Assembly: GCA_963783375.1 (NCBI GenBank) | Contig: CAWANH010000029.1 | Span: 1,408,001-1,472,000, forward strand | Direction: 5' to 3' | DNA: 64,000 nucleotides | From: Candidatus Eiseniibacteriota bacterium | GTDB lineage: Bacteria > Eisenbacteria > RBG-16-71-46 > JABDJR01 | Made by a program: the position numbers and the translations under genes | Notes under the pieces: generated by a model | Databases searched by the model: none | What the model saw: only the letters and a program-made list of their open reading frames with translations | Told to the model about the DNA's origin: nothing | Shown: one piece after another, positions 57,901 through 64,000 of the stretch | Position numbering within the stretch: the stretch's first letter is position 1 | How the letters are laid out: every line of letters begins with the position of its first letter

Positions 57901-58076
57901 ATGTGAACGACCTTCTTCCCCTTGAACTCGTCCCGGGCCTTCTGGTGGCAGTCGTAGCAGGGGCGTCGCTGGAGCGCCTCGCTTCGGCCGGCGAATTCCG
58001 GCAGGAAGAGCCCGGCCGCCACGGCCAGGACCACGAACCCGAGGCCGACGACGGCGGTGCGAACGCGGGGAACCAT
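54912..58076 (-). CDS. Giant 42-heme cytochrome c (paired CxxCH repeats)
   Basis: 42 CxxCH counted by hand in about 1050 aa; repeating HxP...CxxCHxPH...LL...LCxxCH units; N-terminal signal or anchor. Confidence 0.92.
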   Translation of the reverse strand: MVPRVRTAVVGLGFVVLAVAAGLFLPEFAGRSEALQRRPCYDCHQKARDEFKGKKVVHIPTAQEDCESCHKRHGFAQSLILQKDFPQLCTDCHQDVKVAPDSGSDHLAVEGVTCDGCHDPHASDQKGLLRGPEAETCASCHPKLKAAIASTRKHKPFEEGKCSECHLPHNSANANLLVAPEKELCARCHGPVSELPELHARPEVAGASCSSCHDPHGSTSTDQNRGYVHAPYAEADCQACHAGLPDKPGELTASKEDLCVTCHSDVGETAAGPGGHPPAAEGDCLFCHDPHSADRRFLLKGNAEDLCFVCHEDPRDQKDLVSRHAPFEALACDACHAPHGGGGKAMLRKASPDLCASCHQDVIAAADSVKVPHAPLQDDCRACHTAHVSTQPHLLTQAEDVTCLSCHEDTAGERKLPVVHFPFAGNGCADCHQAHGSDNPAILVQKQPLVCLPCHARQVDELRVASPHPPFAEGECTDCHRPHGGTNRGLLVSPAAELCGGCHSEVTADLPPATLHEPAAEGKCADCHNPHGTADGPPFLRAAKGEICFTCHTAMKDSLDSGTVHPPVKEGNCEVCHDPHQTKGADGLVALKNPCSSCHDVGDRDFRKLHDNFAPEGGSCLSCHDPHRSREKGLLRAVRHEPFGPGSCSTCHKPQSPGGKVELVDSQVELCGSCHGAIEAPAPPKGLHAPVEAGECASCHNPHAAADSTLLVDSGPGLCARCHDDPGGRIKKADPDLVHSPVRDGNCRVCHGGHEGVMPGLLKEAAPGLCADCHPAVAERSRLANAHPPAKEGDCQTCHDPHVGTVKGLLAEPAKALCGQCHDETASAFKARHRGFEAGKGDCTSCHDPHGSTEPGLVLAFNHAPYAQKDCMACHAGQNGLKAEGAALCVTCHGGHAKDAEKPVVHPAVTEKLACLNCHSPHAGRTASLLRREDEASTCFTCHDRAMFAGEYKHPDVGGCDTCHDPHGSATRGILNEPQEKLCLQCHDDVTKSHFHPYQGPTKDPRTGLAITCTSCHDPHSSPFEALLTHDKTRDLCMQCHLGENMQVRSPSGP

Positions 58077-58077
58077 G

Positions 58078-58629
58078 TTACTTCTCCTCGGCGCTGGGAG
58101 GTTCGTAGCCATGAACTTCCTTGAGCTGGAACGTGAAGAACGATTTCGGCGAGAAGTGAGGCGGGAAGTTCAGGAACGCCCACGAGCTGTCGACCGCCGC
58201 CCCCTCCTTGAACACCAGCACGTGGACGGCCGGGTTCTTCATTTCCATGGAGAAGTTCACCGGCTTGCCGCCGGCGATCTTGAAGTCGGGCATGAAGCCG
58301 CTCACCCGGGCGGTGTAGGGAGTGTCCCCCAGGTACATCGTCTCGCCGAGCTTCACGGTGTGGGACTCGCTCCAGCTCGGGTACATCCGGTTTCCCACCT
58401 CGAGGCCGAAGCTCAAGGTGGTGTCGGCCGCGATGGCCGCGGTGTCGGCTCCGGTTTCGGGCCCCGTGGTCCTGGGAAGCGAGCGAAGGATGGCGGCGGC
58501 GCCCGAGTCCGGCGACGCCTCCTCGGGGTGGACGGCCGCCGAATCCGCCGGCGCGTCCTGGGATCGGGCCCCGTCCGCCCAGGCCCAGACCAGGAGTCCC
58601 AACCCCACCGCGATCAAGATCCGTCTCAT
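58078..58629 (-). CDS. Exported hypothetical protein (possibly ResB-like beta domain)
   Basis: Signal peptide; FMPDFKI...S.EMKNPAV...WAFLNFP. Confidence 0.65.
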   Translation of the reverse strand: MRRILIAVGLGLLVWAWADGARSQDAPADSAAVHPEEASPDSGAAAILRSLPRTTGPETGADTAAIAADTTLSFGLEVGNRMYPSWSESHTVKLGETMYLGDTPYTARVSGFMPDFKIAGGKPVNFSMEMKNPAVHVLVFKEGAAVDSSWAFLNFPPHFSPKSFFTFQLKEVHGYEPPSAEEK

Positions 58630-59282
58630 CCGATCCCTCCCTTTCCCGGCGCCACACCCACGTCCGTCCGGTCCGACTCTCCCGTGTCCTTCGGGGGCGG
58701 CGAGCTCGACGCTCCGGCGCCGCCCCGGACCGGAGGCAGGGTGGAGAGAATCCCCTCCACGGTTTCCGAAGCCAATCGCTCCAGGCTGGACACCCGCCCG
58801 ATACCGAACACGCTTTCCTTGTCCCCGCCGTCCCGGCTGTACACCGCACTCCAGAGCACCTTCCCCCCGGGCACCTCCAGGAGCCGGAGAGACACCGAAA
58901 CCTGGGGCACCTGGCTTCCGTCCGCATCCCGATAGCCGTAGGCGAGGACCGACCCCACCAGGAGCGCGTTGGCCCCCATCTCCACCCCCAGTGAATCCAC
59001 CAGGTCCGGGGGCAGGCGGTCGGTCATGATCCACGGCTGCTTGGAGAGCGCAGCCTCCATACGTCCCACATCCACCACCGCGATCCCGCGGTGCTCGGCC
59101 AGGGCCACCGCGAGCATCGGGGCAAGCCGGTCGGGAGCGTCCCGGGTCGGCGTGTAGTTGGCCAGGGGAAGGATCCCCACCCGCCAGCTTCCGCTCAAGG
59201 GCTCCGCAACGTACGCCCGAGGCCCCGGCGCGCAGCCGGCCAGGACCAGGATGATGGCCGCGAGAACCGTCTTCCGGGTCAT
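58626..59282 (-). CDS. Lipoprotein, CsgG/LpoB/GNA1162-like fold
   Basis: Lipobox LAGC; VGILPLAN, GANALLVGSV, VSLRLLEV..GKVLWSA. Confidence 0.75.
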   Translation of the reverse strand: MTRKTVLAAIILVLAGCAPGPRAYVAEPLSGSWRVGILPLANYTPTRDAPDRLAPMLAVALAEHRGIAVVDVGRMEAALSKQPWIMTDRLPPDLVDSLGVEMGANALLVGSVLAYGYRDADGSQVPQVSVSLRLLEVPGGKVLWSAVYSRDGGDKESVFGIGRVSSLERLASETVEGILSTLPPVRGGAGASSSPPPKDTGESDRTDVGVAPGKGGIG

Positions 59283-59869
59283 CAGCGCCTCGCTCGCGGA
59301 AGTGAGGACAGAAGTCCCCGGCAGACGTCGGCGGTGAGGGTTTCCATCAGCCGCACCCCTCCCCAGCCGAGGATGGGGAAACCGGCCCCGCCCTTCCGGG
59401 TCTCGCTCGCGCTCCAGACCAGGCGGCCGGTGGCCGCGTCCACCAGGCGCACCTCGATGGAAAACAGTGGATAGGAATCGCGCCCGGAGCTCACCATCTC
59501 GTACTGCCGCACCGTGCCCATGAAGATCCCCTGCACGCCCGCCTTTTCTCCCAGTTGGGCCAGTTGTTCGGTCGACCAGGGAGTCTCGGCGGGGATCCCC
59601 CCGCGGATCTGGGTCATGTCCGCGGCGAACTGTCCGGGTTCCACCACCTCGGCGAACCCCCGTTCCAGGAGCTCGGTGAAGAACACGTTGGTGACCCGGT
59701 ATCCCGCGGCCCGATCCTGGGCGAGGCTGGTGAAGGGGATGATGCCCACCCTCTCGTAGAAAGGCAGGTCGGCCTCGGGGTTCAGGAACCGGGTCGGACC
59801 CCCGCAACCGGAGACGGCGATGAGCGTCGTCGCCACCAGGAGCGCTCGGAGCCTCGAAACGTTGTTCAT
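59282..59869 (-). CDS. Lipoprotein, CsgG/LpoB/GNA1162-like fold (paralog)
   Basis: Lipobox VSGC; VGIIPF, GVQGIFMGTV, VRLVDAATGRLVWSA. Confidence 0.78.
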   Translation of the reverse strand: MNNVSRLRALLVATTLIAVSGCGGPTRFLNPEADLPFYERVGIIPFTSLAQDRAAGYRVTNVFFTELLERGFAEVVEPGQFAADMTQIRGGIPAETPWSTEQLAQLGEKAGVQGIFMGTVRQYEMVSSGRDSYPLFSIEVRLVDAATGRLVWSASETRKGGAGFPILGWGGVRLMETLTADVCRGLLSSLPRARR

Positions 59870-59887
59870 GAAGTTCTCGCTTCCCGT

Positions 59888-61464
59888 CTAGAAATTCCGG
59901 TCCACCGAGAGACCGTAGGTGTCCAACGTGGCCCGCCCCCGGACCGCGACCTGTCGCCAGGAAAGCTGAACCCGGGTGCGACGGGCAGGCCAGAAAGTGA
60001 AGTCGGTTCCCTTGATGATCTCGGAGGAGCGCGAGGTGAGGACCAGGGCCTCCCGCCGGGACCAGTCGAGGGAGAGGGAGGTGCGCTGGCCGAGCCGCAG
60101 GTTCCCGGTCAGGCTCCCGTAGCGTTCTTCGCGGTCGATCCGGCCCCGTCCGTTCTGGCGCCGGTAGGTCGCCACCAGGTCCGCCCCCGTGGCCGGCTGG
60201 TACCCGACCTGGTACTCCCACTGGCGATCGGTCTGGGCCCTCCCGTCGATTTCGGGGAGGGTGTCCCTCCGCCAGGTGACCTCGAACCGGGTATCCCGGC
60301 TGGGAAGGGTGCGGAGCTGGATCAGGCGATGCCACTGGGTTCCGGTGGAGACCGAGCCCCCCGCGCGCGACGCCCGGAGCTCGGCGCGGGCGTTGATTCC
60401 CTTGCGGAGGAGGCCGTCCACCAGGGTGAAGACGGTGTTCTGGGGGATCGAGCCGTCTTCGGAGCGGATGTTGAAGGAGCGGAGGTAGCCGGACTGGAAG
60501 GTCATCCCCCGAACGATCTCCCGCCGGAAAATGGCCTGGAGACGAGCGTAGTCCGCTTCGATGTCTCCGTCCACGGCCTGGCGCCGTCGATACTCCCGGA
60601 GCCCTTCGAGGCTCAGCCCCTTCACCGGCTGGTAGGCCAGGCGCCCGCTCAGGTAGCGTTCGTTGATGGTCTGATCGGCGGTCAGGGCATTGTCCTGACT
60701 CCGCCCCCAGTACACCAGCGCCGAGGTACCGACGGTGAACCGCCGGGAAGGCGCCCAGCTCGAGTTCAGGTTCATTCGCTGGGTGTAGAAGGTCCGGTCC
60801 CGGTCCCGGGAACCGAAGGTGGAGTAAAGGGCGTCGTAGGTGGCCTGGGCGTTGGCCCGGCCGAGATTGACCCCGGTCCGGAGCCCCCCCGCCACTCCTC
60901 GGTCCGGGTGTCGGGGTTCAGCCCTCCCATGGGGCGGGCGTCCAGTCTCCGCCAGGAAAGGTTGCTTCCGAAAACCCCGCCGGCGGCGTAGGAAACCTCG
61001 GCCCGGCGATCGTCGGTGGTGGAGCGGCCCTGAAGGGTCTCCCGATCCTGGCGTTCGTACTTCAGCGCCATCCTCGGGGCGCCGCGCGGGCTCACGTCGA
61101 GACCGAAAAGCAGGTTCCGGTCCCGGGACGTGCTAACGCCCACCGACGTCTGCTGCCAGGGGGTGAACTGGGTGGTGAGACGCCAGGCAGGCTTTCTGAG
61201 GTCGGCGAAGAAACGGGAGCTCAGGAGGTCCGAGTTCTCTTGTCCCGGGTTCGCCCGGTAGGAGAGGGACATGCGGAGCCTGAGGTCGGCGCTTCCGGGG
61301 AGCACGGCGCGCGTGCTCAGGTCGTAGTAGTGGCGCATGACGTCCGCGTCCGCTATTCCCGAGGTGTGGTGGTACGAACCCACGTAGCGACCCTCGTAGG
61401 CCCCGGCCCCCGCCGGAACGGCCAGAGTCGCCCCGGCCAGGATGAGCGCCGCCCACCGGTGCAT
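59888..61464 (-). pseudogene. Outer-membrane beta-barrel split by a 1-nt frameshift in a G7 run (60884-60890)
   Basis: 5' ORF with signal peptide and 3' ORF ending in ...SVDRNF join in frame if the run is G8. Confidence 0.78.
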
Positions 61465-62621
61465 CAGGGTCCTCCCCGTCCCCACGGGCTCGGGCTTCCC
61501 GGTGCGCCGTTACCGGGCTCGCCCGGATTGTGAACGTTGTGGGAGGTGGGACCGGAGTAGTCGCGGCCGTGGCAGTCGTAGCAACTCTGGAAGCCGGTGG
61601 AGCGATGGGGGCCCCGGTCGGAGAGGGTGTTCATGACGATTCCCTCCACCGTCTGCGCCCCGGGAATCCCGTCCGAGGCGATGTGGCAGCCGAGGCAGAA
61701 CCGGCGGCACTGGGTCGCGTCGTTCACGGTGTCGGTGAGCCCGCTCCAGTCAACCCGCTCGTCGCTGATCAGGTATCCGTTCGGCTGCACCCGGTTGTGC
61801 CCCTCGGAACCGTGGGGATTGTGGCAGTCGTAGCAGGGGAGCATGTCCCCGACCTGGATGTGCGCGGGCCAGGAGAGGGCGACCCGGGATTCCTTCCGGA
61901 TCTGGTGGCCGGCGTGCTCGCCGTTCAACCCCGCGTCGTAGTAGTCCGCGATGTTCCGGTTCGCGGGGTCCATGCCTCCCGGCGCGTCCTGGTCGTGGCA
62001 GGAGAAGCAAAGCGCGTATTCCTCGGGAGATCCCACCGCGGCGTGGCCGCCGATCCCCCCGTAGGGCTTCAGCAGGAGGTCGCGACGATTCGGGGTGCCG
62101 TGAGGATCGTGGCAGTTCTCGCAACGCCCCTCTCCCGAGGCGTCTCGCCGGGGCATGTCGGGGTCCTGGGCGTGAGGCGAAAAGAAGTGACCCCCGGGCG
62201 TGATTCCCGGATCGGTGTAGGCGGTCTCCCCCGGCCAGCGGCCGCGATAGTTCACGCCGACCAGGCGCTCCCCGCCGGTGTTGGCCTCGAAGTAACCGGC
62301 GTCGGGTTCGGACTCGGGCATGCGGTCGGATTCGCCGAGGGGGTAATTGCCGGGACGGCGGCGGTGGCACGGTTCTGCCCCCTGGTCCCAGAAGGCGAGC
62401 TGGTTGGTGTTCTCGGTGAAGAGGAGGAGCGGATAGGGGGAGGGCTCCCACGCGTCGCCGTGGGGAGGATGGCACTGCTGGCACTGCCCCCGGGCCTGAT
62501 CGGCGTCACGGAGCACCCCGGTCTGCGGGTCCCCATGGGGATCGAAGGGCGTGTCCGCGGATATGTTCCAAGCAGCCAGAAGCAGGGCCGCCGTGAGAAC
62601 CATGCCGGAAACGGGTCTCAC
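61464..62621 (-). CDS. Exported multiheme cytochrome c (6 CxxCH plus one degenerate site)
   Basis: CQQCH, CENCH, CFSCH, CYDCH, CLGCH, CYDCH; extra AEPCH; signal peptide. Confidence 0.88.
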   Translation of the reverse strand: MRPVSGMVLTAALLLAAWNISADTPFDPHGDPQTGVLRDADQARGQCQQCHPPHGDAWEPSPYPLLLFTENTNQLAFWDQGAEPCHRRRPGNYPLGESDRMPESEPDAGYFEANTGGERLVGVNYRGRWPGETAYTDPGITPGGHFFSPHAQDPDMPRRDASGEGRCENCHDPHGTPNRRDLLLKPYGGIGGHAAVGSPEEYALCFSCHDQDAPGGMDPANRNIADYYDAGLNGEHAGHQIRKESRVALSWPAHIQVGDMLPCYDCHNPHGSEGHNRVQPNGYLISDERVDWSGLTDTVNDATQCRRFCLGCHIASDGIPGAQTVEGIVMNTLSDRGPHRSTGFQSCYDCHGRDYSGPTSHNVHNPGEPGNGAPGSPSPWGRGGP

Positions 62622-62670
62622 ACCAAGCTCCCCCGGCCGCAATGTCGAAACGGGAAGGCAATGATGGACC

Positions 62671-62714
62671 GGATTCGGGCACCGGCAGTGGCCGGATTGT
62701 CGGTGCCCGAATCC
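62671..62714. terminator. Strong intergenic hairpin after the omcS-like gene
   Basis: GGATTCGGGCACCG...CGGTGCCCGAATCC, a 14-bp perfect stem with no clear U-tract. Confidence 0.6.
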
Positions 62715-62774
62715 CGTCGAAACGGGGAGGCCGGGCGCGCTAGCGCTTCGGCCGCCCTAATCCACCACCAGGCT

Positions 62775-63845
62775 TTACTGGGCCTGGGTGTGGCACTGAC
62801 CGCAGAGGGCGCGGGCCGAAGTCCCGTCGTCGCCCTGCTCGGTCACCGTGCCGGTGCCGATCATGTAGATCAGGCCGAACGCGTTCTGGTTGCCGTGGCC
62901 CTTGTGGCACGACATGCAGGACTGCGTGAGGCCGGTGTCGGTCCCGTCGTATGCGCCGGCCTTCTGGCCGGTGGGCGACATGACCTGGACCTGGTTGGTC
63001 TTCCCGGTCAGGAAGGCCAGACCGGAGTGACCGCCGCCCAGGGCGCCGATGTCGACACCCGCCGCCGGGTGACGCACGAAGTCCGCGGGAGGAGCTCCCG
63101 TGCCGCCGATCTCCGCCCCGCCGATGTCACCGTGGAAGTTGGTGTGGCAGGCCTTGCAGAAGGAGGCATAGGCGGACGCGGTCGTCACCGGCTCGTTGAA
63201 GGTGATCGCCCCGACCCCGTAGTGGTTGGCGCTGGTGCCGCTGGAGGCATTCTCGTACACCCACTTGGTGAGATCGTTGGCACCCTCGACGTCGCCGCGG
63301 GAGTAGGTCAGGAGGGTCGAGATCCCGCTCAGCGGAGGACCATAACCGCCCAGGTTCCGATAGGTATTGACGTGAGCCGAGTTGCCGCCGTGGGGCGAAT
63401 GGCAGTCGGTGCACTTCAGACCATCGGGATCGCTGAACGTGCCGCCCGGAGCCACGGCCAGCGAGTTCAGGGTGTGCCCGGTGGTCGGCGGATAGAGACC
63501 GTTGCCGCCCAACTCGTTCAGGGCACCCGCCTGACGGACATAGCCGTTGGTGTGGGTTTCGAACACGTCCGGCGCGAGCGCCTGCCCATCGTGGCAGGCC
63601 AGGCACAGGTTGTTGATATCGTCACGGAGCAGGAACTCGAACGGGCCGCCCGGTCCGAGCGGCGTGTAGAAGCCCGATCCGTTGGGGTTGTATCCATGGC
63701 TCTGGCTGTAGTGCATGACGTGGCAGTCGGAGCAGATCAAGGCCGAGCCGGTGTGATAATCACCGGCGAATCCGACGGACACGAGCACGGTCAGAGCGAG
63801 GAGAATCCCCGGACCAAGGAGGAGTTTCTTCCTCATAGCCACCAT
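62775..63845 (-). CDS. OmcS-like hexaheme cytochrome c
   Basis: Signal peptide, then YH...CSDCHVMH, CLACH, GH...APGGT...CTDCHSPHG, YRNLGG, CKACHTNFH, RHPA, CMSCHKGH, RALCGQCH. Start may be ATG 63836. Confidence 0.85.
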   Translation of the reverse strand: MVAMRKKLLLGPGILLALTVLVSVGFAGDYHTGSALICSDCHVMHYSQSHGYNPNGSGFYTPLGPGGPFEFLLRDDINNLCLACHDGQALAPDVFETHTNGYVRQAGALNELGGNGLYPPTTGHTLNSLAVAPGGTFSDPDGLKCTDCHSPHGGNSAHVNTYRNLGGYGPPLSGISTLLTYSRGDVEGANDLTKWVYENASSGTSANHYGVGAITFNEPVTTASAYASFCKACHTNFHGDIGGAEIGGTGAPPADFVRHPAAGVDIGALGGGHSGLAFLTGKTNQVQVMSPTGQKAGAYDGTDTGLTQSCMSCHKGHGNQNAFGLIYMIGTGTVTEQGDDGTSARALCGQCHTQAQ

Positions 63846-64000
63846 TACCTCCCTTGCACGGTTGCGAGACCGATTCCGGAGACTCCGGAACCGCTTTGCT
63901 CCACATGATCGCGGGCCCCCGTCACGGGAGGCACGGCCACCTGGAGCACCTGGCAGCGGGCGCCCGCCCGCTCCAAGACTGCGAGCCGGTCCGCGGCCAG

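Overview
High-GC bacterial chromosomal window. A secreted protein with a C-terminal FlgD-Ig-like domain suggests an uncultured FCB-group lineage such as Eisenbacteria or Krumholzibacteriota (inference only). Left end: two IS elements (IS630, IS1182) stacked on shared CTAG sites. Next comes a compact unexplained module: STAS gene, a sigma54 promoter driving a protein made almost wholly of 20 LAPKQ[IV]xA octapeptides, and a sensor-less sigma54 activator. Middle (about 5.7-46.7 kb): mostly housekeeping and metabolic genes (hemF, topA, modABC, xth, FNR, nadA, NfuA-like, fadE, rnd, fahA, Na+-pumping decarboxylase) plus a repeat-laden HNH gene. Right 17 kb: a dense extracellular-electron-transfer island with about 80 CxxCH motifs. 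It holds a Rieske/cytochrome b/11-heme complex, an MtrA/MtrB-like porin-cytochrome with a hexaheme lipoprotein, a 42-heme cytochrome, and an OmcS-like hexaheme cytochrome with beta-barrel and CsgG-like lipoprotein companions. Two genes (modB and the beta-barrel) carry 1-nt frameshifts in G runs. No rRNA, tRNA or CRISPR array was recognised. All calls are by-eye motif recognition; no database searches were run.
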